Shown here: positions 49,010 through 61,100 of the stretch, one piece after another
Numbering within the stretch: position 1 is the stretch's first letter
How the letters are laid out: every line of letters starts with the position of its first letter
DNA from: Trichoplax adhaerens
Taxonomy: Eukaryota; Animalia; Placozoa
Direction: 5' to 3'
Length of the DNA: 64,000 bases
NCBI RefSeq assembly: GCF_000150275.1
Contig: NW_002060948.1
Location: forward strand, 2,858,175-2,922,174
Translations under genes and position numbers: made by a program
Notes under the pieces: generated by a model
Seen by the model: only the letters and a program-made list of their open reading frames with translations
What the model was told of the DNA's origin: nothing
Database searches by the model: none

Positions 49010-50169
49010 ATGTACGGCAGTTTACCAGACTTTCACACCATTCTTTTAATATTCGAGTTGTAACTTAGAACTCACTATACTAGCAGTACAGTGTACAGTA
49101 CTGTACTGTACAAGAACTTGTAGTGAACGCGCATGACCTGACGTAATGCTTTTAAATATCATGTGTAAAAACAGGGAGTTACTGCAAGGAAAGAAAGAAA
49201 AATGACTTTATCCGTTCTTAATGTTAGTCAATACAACGTGATTAGCAGTCCTGAACTCCATCTGATGTTACGATAAGTGTTGGCGAATGAACAAATTGAT
49301 TCACCTAATTCTGCTAAAATGAGTGTCTGTGAGTACACCAGTCTACTGCAGTCTAGTGGTACAAAAGTCCTTAAATGCCCATATTGACGTCATAACTAAG
49401 AGGGGACTGTTGGCGTTGCTATATTGTACGTGCAGGACGTAATACGCGCATCAAAAAGGCCTAGTAAGTCAATTGTGCACTCGTACTACAGCTAGCTATT
49501 AGGGATTCACTACAGTTGAAATAAATCAAAATAGAATTGATTGAGTCTATGACTTGTATATATAAATAATACGATAGATCCAATGGATTCAACTATACGA
49601 GTATAACTATTATTACGTGTAAGTAGTATTTATGAGATTGAACGCAACATCGCATCAAAATTACAATCATTCACAAGTGTAAAAAAATTGTATTTGTTTA
49701 TTTAGTATTTAGTCTACAATTTTGACCTTAAATACAGTGATCAGGAATGATTAGATTTGTTAGTAGTTAGAAATTGACATGTAAAAGGTTAGTGGTTCTC
49801 ACCTCTCAATTCATACTAGGTATTAATATTAACAATTTTAAATCGCCTCTGATAAATTAGAACTTAGGCTTCTCAATACTTGCATAGTTAAGCATGATGA
49901 CGATCACGATTGTTTCAATTGTTTTCGTCAAAGTAGTCTACATTTCTAATCAGATTATTTCATATCGAATCGATGTTTTCCTCTAGTCTTTCTGATACTA
50001 CGCTAGATTACTAATATAATTATGGCTTAAAATCCTTTCTGCAGATTAATAAAAATGTGCACATGGTCGTTCTCATCAGGTTGACTTTGTTGGAAAAATA
50101 GTATGTTGTAGTTAAACACATTACAGGTTTGTTCATAAATTTTATAAAACTTGTCCGGGATTTTTAACT

Positions 50170-53100
50170 TTAATTTATGGCAACAGCGGCCATGGAATCA
50201 ACTTCAGGCGCTGATGGTGTCTGATCGTCTAAATTATTAGGCTCCAATACAGAGTAAGGAGGTGGAGGGGTATCTGGATTGGCGCTTAAAGTGCTGTTGT
50301 GCCTACTTCCGGCTTGACTTTGTGGCGGGTTTATTTGCAGTTGAGAAATTATTTCATTCGTTACCGTACCGATAATTATGTCTAACTTTCTAGTTATATT
50401 TTCCGCTCCGGGAATTTTCAAAGTGAACTGAAACAACGACAATCATTGTAATATTTTAGCTTAGTGATATCATTACTGTGATTAACCCGTTTTAGTAACA
50501 AACAAACAAACAAAAAAAAATCGGTGAAAGCCACTAATTCTTATGAAATATAAAAATAAAATAGTACGGTATAAAGTTACTGAACCTCTGTTAAATGAGC
50601 ACATTATCGTAAACCGTCAGTAAAGCGACGGGAGTTTGCACTAGTATTAGTTATTTGCAACTACTTCAAATGAAGACAAGAAGAACTAGTTAAGCAACGA
50701 TGGATATTAACTAACCTCAAGTTGGTAATTGACCTTAATTAAAGGACAATTTAATAATGTTGGTGTTAAATAATCGGGCAAAGGTAGAGGTTCACTAGAC
50801 CAGTGGATAGTTTGCCTAGCAGCTATGCGACCTGTCGATATTTTAGCTATTTCATAGCTTTTAGTATTGGATACACCTAGTAACAACAGTTATCGATAAT
50901 TTCGTAAATAAAAAGCATCTTACAATAAGATAAATACTTAACTTATCCTGAGTATACGAACGAGTTAGCAAAAATTTCAACTGCTATAAATTGTAATATC
51001 ATTAATTACTGTAATACCGTACCTTCTGCGTTATATTCTTCATTCCTAATCAGCGCTACTTCTAAAGCAGTCAGTCTCCTTCTGGAAAAGTTTCCTATTT
51101 CTGCATTAATTAAAATGGGCTCGAAATTTAAAAAGGCTTGACGTGCAATGCTTGCTGTAAGCTTAATATCACCAGGAATACATGCTAAACTGGTAACGGT
51201 TCTTTCCTCTATCAATGGAGATGGTGGAACCTAGAAAGAATTAATTTTAATGATGGATTGAAGCTGAAAGAGTAACTCTAAACATTTTACTATAATTTAT
51301 TTACATGATCATTTAAAGAAACCTAGATTATAAACGGTTATGTTACTATAGAATTTGCAGTTGTATTTAATACTTTTATAGTTACTATCAGGATGTCAAA
51401 GAAACTGTATAAATATTATTTCTTCATTTTCTACAATTAAAAAAGAATTCAACTTTCACATTGATAATTTCTGAATCTAGGTATCGAATAAAAAACTTTT
51501 TGCAGTATGTCGTAGTGATTGAATTAAATGCCTGGATTTCTGAGAAGCATGAAAATGAAATATTATATTAATGGTACAGCTGAATCAACATGTACATGTA
51601 GGTCAATAGATGTACGCTGGTATGAAACGATTGCTTTTCATACTTTATCCTTACTAAAAAATATGGCACATCAATTCTGTTAGTATGTTCACTATTTCAA
51701 AGACTAAGATCAAAAAATATTATAATACCAACTAAAAAATAATTTACAATCAGCAGGACTGTATAAGAACGTTTAATAGACCAATATCAGCTTTTCTCTG
51801 CATTGATTGACTTTGAGGAGAGATATTAAATTAAATTATATTTATAAAGCTATGTTTAAGATCTGGCATTATGCATTGATGCTTTTCTACTTAGAATAGA
51901 AATATCAGGGGCAGTATTACTACTACACATCTACAGTATTTATGAAAGTGATACCTGAAGCATGAAACAACTTGTATCCGGTACAATATCATAAAGATAT
52001 TAAAATTTATCAAATAGTTACCAAATTTTAATCATTTATGACCGATTGAATGGCAATAATAACTATTACGAGAGAATTTTTCAATACGAGTTAAATAGTA
52101 CTTAATGGTATAGTACTCTAGTAGCTATACTACTCTAAAGTTTAGTTATAATGGAGTACATCTGTAGAATTATGACAAGTATCAAAATATAATTGATTAT
52201 TCAAGATAAAATTTAAAGGTCTTTTAGCTATTAAAATGTAAAGATATGATTGGAGGAATAAGTTTTAATGAAGTTGAGAGTAAAACTATAAATACCCTAT
52301 CTTAGCTTGGATGAGTTGTACAAATCTTACCGAGAAAACAGGGTCGTCAACGTTCAGGAGATGTTGCACTTGAAAAGGTTTATAGACGTTATCGCTTTTC
52401 TTTTCACTATAATTAACTACGCAGTGTACATAATATCGTATAGCGTTCGGAGTAACTTTCTTTTCTTTGTGACGTTGTAAAGAAGAAGGCAAATCTGTAG
52501 GTAAGTTACAGGAAAATGGAAATCGATGCTCCCCTTCAGGTATAATACTAAGACCCCTTGTGTCATCTAGCAAATGTCAAAAGTCATATAATAAATCAAA
52601 ATTTAATACTACTAATGATAAATTCTTGATCTACTTATTAACAAATGATTTTACAGTATGCTGTCCAATGTCTGTAATTGATAGATTAAAAATTATTTAT
52701 TATTGTATTCTAATGAGTAATGAAATAAAGTTTTAAATCCGGTTATACGTGACACAGCTCTGTACTAGATTGAACCAATATTATGAAAGACAGTGCATTG
52801 CAAGTAGCTTAGTGCTAATGGTAGTTTTTCTCGTTTCAGTAACCTAGATTTTCTCTACTACCATTTTTGAATATAACTGCTTTTTAATACGAGATCCATT
52901 TTCATATGCGGTATCGGTTGCTTTTTAAATATTATTGAATTTTTCGATTATCTTTCGAGGTTGGGTACATTCGTATATAGATGTAGCCTTGGTATTAATA
53001 ATAACTTAAGACTACCACTGAATAATTAAGATTTTAACGGTTACAATTGCACTACTAATATGCTGTCTAAACGTCATTGGCAATCTAGCCTAAATATACT

Positions 53101-53431
53101 ATACGAAATAACATCTTAGTAAAGGTCTAACTAACATTGCTAGCATTAGTTAACATTCAATTTTCTTACCTGTGCCACATACTAATTGGAAGTAATCAAG
53201 GTAGACTTTTTCGGCTTTATGTACTAGATTCTGACGTTTACCATCGGTATCTTGACAAACTTCAGTTACTTCTGTATCGGCTTTACCAAAAACGTGCACT
53301 TTAATATTAACAACGGCAACATTGCCAAGTGATTGCAATAGTACCACACCACTTAATTGATCACGGGCTCGATAAAATTTCTTTCGATCATCGTCGAAAA
53401 TTAATTGAATCGATTTGGCTTTCTTAGGCAT
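50170..53431 (-). CDS. Alpha-arrestin (ARRDC family) paralog B, 5 exons
   Basis: Exons 53431-53170, 52566-52331, 51230-51023, 50876-50716, 50427-50170. Motifs FYRARDQLSGVV, GEHRFPFSCNLPTDLPSS, PTLLNCPLIKVNYQL, IIIGT and PPPPY. Confidence 0.92.
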
Positions 53432-54119
53432 ATCTTACTTACGACTGTACTAGTCAAGTAATTGTAAAATAGAGTGATCCGAATGATAAAATAATATCAA
53501 ACCTAACCGATCATGCTGATATAGAATTCCAAAGGAGAAGTTTTCTCATACTTTACAAACACGCACATATTTATACTACTGCAGTAACCATTACCTTCAT
53601 TAATGTACCAAACTTTTGTTCTCATAGTAAATCAACAATTAAAATACGACGACGTAATATTTGTTATTAGTCAATAAAATATGCAAGCTATAACCACTTA
53701 GCTTTAGATGTTATTATAACTATACTAGTATAAGCGTAATCATTCTGTACAAGTAGACTAACCTAAGAAAAGTACAGCAATAATAGCCGATGTGACCTTG
53801 TATTGTCCATATGCTAATCAATTATTTGAATCTATCAAATAAATGATGACTATTTACCTGAAATCAACTACTTTTCAACCCATCATTGCCATTCATTGGT
53901 CGTTTCAGCTATTACCATATATACAGTATATAAATACAAATGCAAATCGATGACTTGATATTTACTGAACTCTCTCTCTCTCTATATATACTGTATGTGT
54001 TAGTTAGTTATAAGAATATGACGTCATAATTAATGGCCGATTCTACTCTTCTATTCAATTCTACAAGGGATCATTGGTACTGTTTTCTATGATTGTGGTC
54101 TAAATTTTACTTATAAAAA

Positions 54120-56450
54120 CTGCGCATGCTAATGATTACCACTACATTATTTCTGAAGTCAAACAATCGATTGCAACGTTTCAGTAATGGTGCCATCGTC
54201 GAGAATAGAAGAGGATGCTAAAATACTTTTGGAAAAGATCGATGGATTACATCATAATCGACGTAAATTGTACTTGATGGTAGAGTATAACGGAAAATTA
54301 TTCTTGATTCTGACGTTGTTCATGCAATAATTATGATAGAACTGTTTAGACATTTATCTGGTAAAAATTTCAGCTATATCAAGTCTGGTATTATTATTGA
54401 TGCAACAATTTTAGAAATTGAAGACGGCAAAATTAAAATTGTTGACAAGTACAATATTGTCAATTCAGTTTGAAAATTTCAGCCTTAGTCCGCGTTGCCG
54501 ATGTACTTAGAGTACCGTGCAGCTTGAAAGAAGAATAGTGGAATAAATAATATTCATTGGTGCTTTCCCTATTAACCCTTTAATTTAGAAATTTACAGCT
54601 ACATGAAATCAGATATTACCATTAGTAGAATTCATTAGAGGTAGAAAGGTGGCATAAATGGGTTAATTACTAAAATTTTTTATTGTCGAGTTGAAAATTG
54701 AAACCGCACCGTGTCATATCAACAACTGTAGCATATTAGACACCGTATAGGTTGCCTGAATAAGGTCAGCTTGGGATGATTTTTCGTTCAAAAGTTGAAC
54801 ATTTTAGTAGCATAGAACAGAATTCATTCGAACATAAAAATATAGTGATTGATTTGATACCTTAAGAACACGAGCTAGCGTGAATAAGATTACTTATTAA
54901 TGTTTTTTTCATTTATCAAATTGAAAATTTCAGCTGTATCGAGTCGAATATACGTCTGATGATCAGTAAATTTATCAATTCAAGTTGAGTGAATAAAATC
55001 TTTTTCTTCTTCTGCTGGTATTCATTCAAAAAATCATCCCTTTTGAATATAGTGAATCAAACGGCATTACTTTTTCAGTATCTTTTAGGCTTAAAGCGAA
55101 ACGACGACCAAAAATGTCTGGTATATCATTTAGCTATGTAATTGTTGTTATTTTAGGTGTCATAGCATAGATAAAGCTGGCGGCTTGTGCTAAATATCGT
55201 TGTAAATTAAAATTAACTATAAAAATTTCATTACAAGCTAAGAGCTAAAATTTTTTACTTTCATTCCAATATTATATTGGCTTGATTAACGATACAGAAA
55301 AGTTAAGAACAATTGTGATGTATAAATCCAAATATGGAATAAGTGACAGAATACATCCGAAATGTATTAACCAGGCGACTTGACTTTTATTTTTTCGTTT
55401 GAATACGATATGAAATTCTATGAAATGTGATATCACGAGATGAAATGATAATTAATTATAATTTTTCAAAAAATAAAATGCGATGCACATCTTATACGTC
55501 TTTGATTATATTCAACACATAATTTAGTCTTTGATATGTACTAGTGTGTATTTCTAGAGTATTACGCCTAATTATCTGCATAATTACTATGTACATCAGA
55601 GATGCGTAAAGTTTAGGATTTCATTGACAGTTTTCCTTGCACATTTAGAAAATAATTATCATTCGGAAAACAAGAATTACTTAAGTCTTTTCTTAGCACT
55701 ATTAATCATATTATTGCATATGAGAATAAGGCTTACTAAGAAACAGAATTTATAAATCCTCCAAAACTAATTCTTTAAATTAGTAGATTTCAACGTTTAG
55801 ACCAATTTAAAATTGAGGATCGGATCTGTAGTAGAAAGTTTAATAGAAAATTATTTATATGATGCAGTTATGAAAGGTAACGTTAAAAATCATGCTAATT
55901 GTTATCTTAATTAATTATTTAAATTATGTTCATTTCGTTCTCTTTTGTTCACTGATATACCTTAAATGAGTGTAATATCAAGATGCACTAATCATTTAGA
56001 AATATTAATCAACTTCAATTAAAATTCCTTCCCAGAATTAGTTATCCGTAATAGATAGCAAGGTTCTTGAATTTTTATAGATTTTATTTCTGCAACTAAC
56101 GTCAATTAAGAACTTTAATGAATGATTTAAAAAGTACCGGCACTGCATAGCACTAGATTAGCCAGTTTTAGTGATATTCGAATATGATAACTACTAACGT
56201 GTAAAATTATTCAGTCAATGGTATCGTGCAACCTAAAACAGTTTCTACTGGGCCTCAATTTCGTTCTTCTTAATAGACGTGATATTTGGATTGCAATACC
56301 TAACATTTTTTTAAGAATCGCTTAAAATTATAAATAAGTCTGAATTAAATTTGAATTTCGTCACTATTTTACTATAACTTGTGCTGTAGTACCGTTACGA
56401 GCTTATTCTATGCAAAGCTGAGAATGTTTCCAATGCTAATGATAAAGTAA
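54120..56450 (+). pseudogene. Possible decayed LRR relic
   Basis: TTLFLKSNNRLQRFSNGAI (within 54132-54197) and LLEKIDGLHHN, with weaker NHLEILINFN and FGLQYLTF further on. Confidence 0.3.
54576..54662. mobile_element. Possible 87-bp piggyBac-type miniature element or remnant
   Basis: TTAA|CCCTTTAAT ... GGCATAAATGGG|TTAA, with imperfect terminal inverted repeats (7 of the first 10 bases match). Confidence 0.35.
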
Positions 56451-56847
56451 CTTTGCATTTAATTTTACAACGAAAGAAGTAGTTCATAAATATAGTAATA
56501 ATTTGCCTTGAGTCTGTGCGCAGATCTTAATATAAAAGCAGCAATATTATCTTAAATATAATATAGAATAGTACCATATTTTATTTTCAATTACCATACA
56601 AATCACCACTATACACGTTAGTTTAGGTTTATAGAGTTAAAGCTTAGCTCTTTTATACCAGCAGATAAACATTACATAGCGCTTCGTAAGTTAATTAATT
56701 GTTACAGGAATGTCTTAGTATGATAAGCTACAGTTATCTTTAACTTAATATTATCGGGCATCAAGATTTAAACATAAAATACGCGCTTTGCGCAGTAAAT
56801 CGTATTAGAAAGAATAACTAATTCCTTGCTGCTATTACGGATTAATT

Positions 56848-57978
56848 TTATTTAGCTGCATAGTTACTCTTGCCATGAATTAATTTGCGACCAAACTTAG
56901 ATGTAATGAAAACATGCAAGATAGGGTTTAGGCAACAGTTAGCGGGAAATAATAAAATAAGTACTGGTGAAACTCTAATAAATTCTAAATGATGAACTTT
57001 TATGCTCGGCCACGAAATCATTATTCCGAAAGCAGTAAATGTGCCGGGAAACCAACATAACAAATTGGTTGCACCGGTTGCAATCGCAACTGCGAGAACA
57101 TTTTTTTCGCCCTTTGCTGCATTAAACATGATGGATCCACTCTGGCGAATCCATTTTAGCTTTAGTGTTATAGCAATATACAGCGAAATAATTACTCCAT
57201 AAATAATCATACAAATGGTATATTGAATAACTAATAAAATTCGAATAAAGGGTCTTTGTATATTATCAAAAATGCATAGATTGTGATAGCGGTATGAGAA
57301 TACACGTATGTGATCATTGCTATCCCATGTTAATTTGGCAAAAATGACTATCAAAATAGACATCAGTAACGCAAGTAGCCATCCGAATCCAACTGCTAGT
57401 TTTGTTATAAATGCGGTTATCATGTTATGGAATTGGCTAGGATAACAAATGCAAATATATCGTTCGATAGCAATGCATAAAATAATATTTACTGACTGTG
57501 TTGTAGCCGCTATATATAATATACGTGCCATATGACAAGAAATACTTGTTACCCATTCTTCTGAAGGGTTAGTTAGATTATATCGAGCGCAATGATCCTC
57601 CCTATGTTCATGACGTGAATGACGATGATTAGGATCTGTGCTATCATTCCAAAATAGTTTCTTTCTATAATGTAAGTCGGCAGCGGCTAGGATAATAAGA
57701 TAGATACAACCGAATAAATCGGATATTGCTAGGTTAAAGGTTAGAATATTAAAGCAGTAATTAGTTATATAATTTTTACGCTGACGCCTTGGAAAAGGTG
57801 GGATGTGATTACCAAAACCAACATTTCCATTATTATTAATGATACGATTAGAATCAATGCGATTTTGGCTGTGTATTCGCTCTTTTAGCAAAATATAAAC
57901 GTTAGCCATGCAGCCAAAGATGCCACAAAACCATGTAAGAATGATAGCAAATATATTATCATACAATATGGAATTCAT
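56848..57978 (-). CDS. Rhodopsin-class GPCR, LGR/RXFP/GRL101-like 7TM region without a visible LRR ectodomain
   Basis: 376-aa uninterrupted ORF with NLAISDLFGCIYLIILAAAD (TM2), EWVTSISC, IAIERY, NLLCWFP and PANCCLNPILH. A possible acceptor at 58014 could extend the 5' end. Confidence 0.88.
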   Translation of the reverse strand: MNSILYDNIFAIILTWFCGIFGCMANVYILLKERIHSQNRIDSNRIINNNGNVGFGNHIPPFPRRQRKNYITNYCFNILTFNLAISDLFGCIYLIILAAADLHYRKKLFWNDSTDPNHRHSRHEHREDHCARYNLTNPSEEWVTSISCHMARILYIAATTQSVNIILCIAIERYICICYPSQFHNMITAFITKLAVGFGWLLALLMSILIVIFAKLTWDSNDHIRVFSYRYHNLCIFDNIQRPFIRILLVIQYTICMIIYGVIISLYIAITLKLKWIRQSGSIMFNAAKGEKNVLAVAIATGATNLLCWFPGTFTAFGIMISWPSIKVHHLEFIRVSPVLILLFPANCCLNPILHVFITSKFGRKLIHGKSNYAAK

Positions 57979-58199
57979 GTAAATATTAAATGTATCGCCT
58001 TTGCAAGGATTGGCTATGAAAATTGATTTTCGAAGATATAAAATATATAGGTTTCTTCGTATACTTTTCTAATGGTCGATTGTAGTAAGATGCCATAAAT
58101 GATGAGAAGTTATCAGTTTTTAAGTATTTTTATTTATATTATTTTTTAGAGTGTCATTTTCTAATTCAGGAAGCATTAGTTTGAATTACTTGATGAACA

Positions 58200-61100
58200 C
58201 CTGTTTTAATTTAACAATGTAACCATTAAACTACCAAACAAATTAATCAATAACGTTTCTTTGATAAATCTATTCTAAATGAATTGGCGTAAATTTCTAA
58301 ATCAATTTCCAACAATAGCTATCAGCGATGGCTGATAGTTGGCAGGCTAAACTGGCTACATAAAGCAAATACGATCATAATTTTCCTACCCGTTACCCCT
58401 GTTTCGTCTAGCATATTGTTACTGGCAATTTTGCAATGAGTTATGGCATTTAGCTTCAAAATCAAAGGGTACGGCATATCTGATAACTATGACAGAAGTT
58501 TATTTATTTGTAATAAAAGAACTGAAGTAATTTTGTCGGCTTCACAAATAAGATGAAGCTGTATAAGGCGTGTTTATGTTTGAAATTTCGCTAGATCTTT
58601 ATTCTTTTTCTATTTTCCAAATATGCTATTAGTAATAATAATAAATGTGGATGACGTTGAATTAATTTGTTTGTTCTTAAACAGTCTTAGACTATTTAAA
58701 TTTATTTTTACTACACGAATAAAAGCATTTCATTTGATTTTCCAGGATAAAATAAAATTTCTAAAAAATCATACGTAGTTTAATTAGGATTAAAACTACT
58801 TTGTATTGAGGATCCTGTCAACTAAATTAGTCCTGTCATAGATTAATTATCTGTTACCATAGTAATTTAGTTATTATTTTGCTTTATGATAACAAAAATA
58901 AAGATGGACGGCTATAGCAACATGAGAATTGAAATATTAGGATTAGGCTATTGTAATAAAGGATGCCGATTTATTTATTGAATGTATGTTACTATTCAGG
59001 ACTATAGAATAAGCTTGCTTCAAATAAATTTTATTTTAATAAGACTACCATCGCTGCAGTAACCATATTGTTATTCTATTTGAAAACGCTACTTCAAAAT
59101 AAGCTCTTTCAATGCCTAATATCAGTAAAATAAATATATATAAGAGACTGTAGTAACAAATGTTATGAACTAAATTGTAATATGATTGATATATGCAAAA
59201 TGCTACCAAACAGAAATATCAATCGAACACACTGACTGAAAAAGACGATATACGTAGCTCATGAAGGTTAGCAACACTTGATAGCTGTTTCTCAAGAATT
59301 TTCACAGTAAGGAACCGTTCAACACGGTCTATAAATCGAATATTTGTTGGAATTTAGTATCTTGTAGTAAATATCGTTAGGTAGGACTGAATTACAGTCC
59401 TGTGAAATACCATTTAGTATCACTTGCGAGTACTTTTCGATATAAAATATTGAAATAACAGCAGCAGTAAGTCTTTTTAGAGATACAAAATGTTATACGA
59501 GTGATTCAAATGAATCTGTACTATGCAATATGCCAACATAACGGAAAATTAATTATTGATGCTCTTATATTTATTGCCGTACTTTAAGCAAGGGCAAGGG
59601 TATATTACTTTATAAGTATATAGTTCAATCATGTCATCATGTTTCTTTTTGTTATGAGTATTATCCCTAATATAGGCTGCATCTACTGAGGAGTATGAAG
59701 ATGCCTCAAATGTTACAATGTTGCAATTACAATGTAGCGTCAAAATTCAGACTTACATACATTGTCTAAAAGTTAGTGCAATACTGAATTATGATGGGTG
59801 TAGAATTTACTAAATATTGAAGAAAGACTCATTCTATGTCTTTCTTATCAGTGTAATTTGATTATATTTTTAGCTATGTTTCCATCCATGAATCATATTT
59901 TAATAAGGGATTGGCTTAAATGCAAGATTAAATTAATCAGAAGTTAGCTTATTCATTGCCTAAGTTACAGGAGAATTGTATTTTTAATGATTTTAACTCA
60001 ATTAAGCCATTAACGCTAAAAGAAGATATAGAACATGTGATGATAAAGTATTCTGCTAATATTAACAGCATTAAAAGTCTGGTTTCAAGAGAATCAACGC
60101 TTCTAATAACATACAAACTTTGGAAAAGATATAGTAAAGAATCTAATTTCCTACCAGAAAATCTGAATAAGATTCAGGTCGTAATAGCTACAGAGCTGAT
60201 TATGCAATAGCATGTCTAATATTGATTCAAACCTTAGCTTTCGTATTAGTATGTTACGATAATATCTTAGATAGCATATCTTAATAGATCTATTGTAACA
60301 AAATTGGCTGGTTGAATAAGTTAACATATATGATAAATACGAACTATAATAGATCCACTATCAATTACCAGGAGGTGAATTTGTGCTATCGGGATTTGCT
60401 CTATTATGGCATTCGCTTGGGTGTCTATATTCTGATAACTATACTGTAAATTAGCAGCTACTAGAATAAGTTGATATACCAGACCACCTCGGTAGATAAG
60501 ATAAAGCAAAATGAAATATAGAAGTATAAAATAGAAAGAATTCGATAAATTTCTATGTTCTTGACCCCCATGTCTGTCGGAAGTTTTGTGGTCGATGCAC
60601 AGGGGTGTCGACATAAGCAGTAATTGCATTAATCCGATACCTAACAAATTTTTTAAATGTTGGCAGCCTAGTAGCACACCCAGCAGGTTACATATCCGTG
60701 CACAAATAATTAGTGGTCAGTTATTATGCAAGATCAATATCATTTTGATAGAAAGTGTAGGTTAATACAAGAAAGTAACACTGCATATGAAACAAATGAA
60801 GTTCTGTCTTCGATGATAAAGTACCATATTAAAAGTAGAAAGAAAGTAACAAATTTATGATGATATAACGAGACTGTGCTTATATGTAAGCCGGCATACA
60901 CGGTTCTAGACGTAGCTTAGAACTTCTTTTTATTATGAATTTCGTATTTATTTTACCGCAATGCTAGTATTCTCCTATCTTGGTTACGAAGGTTTTATAA
61001 AGAAGCTTATTGATTAGTACAGTACTCTAAAGACGTTGAAAATAATGTTACTGATCCCTCTATGTTTTGGCTAGATCATAATTGTACCAGGTTAGAAGAT

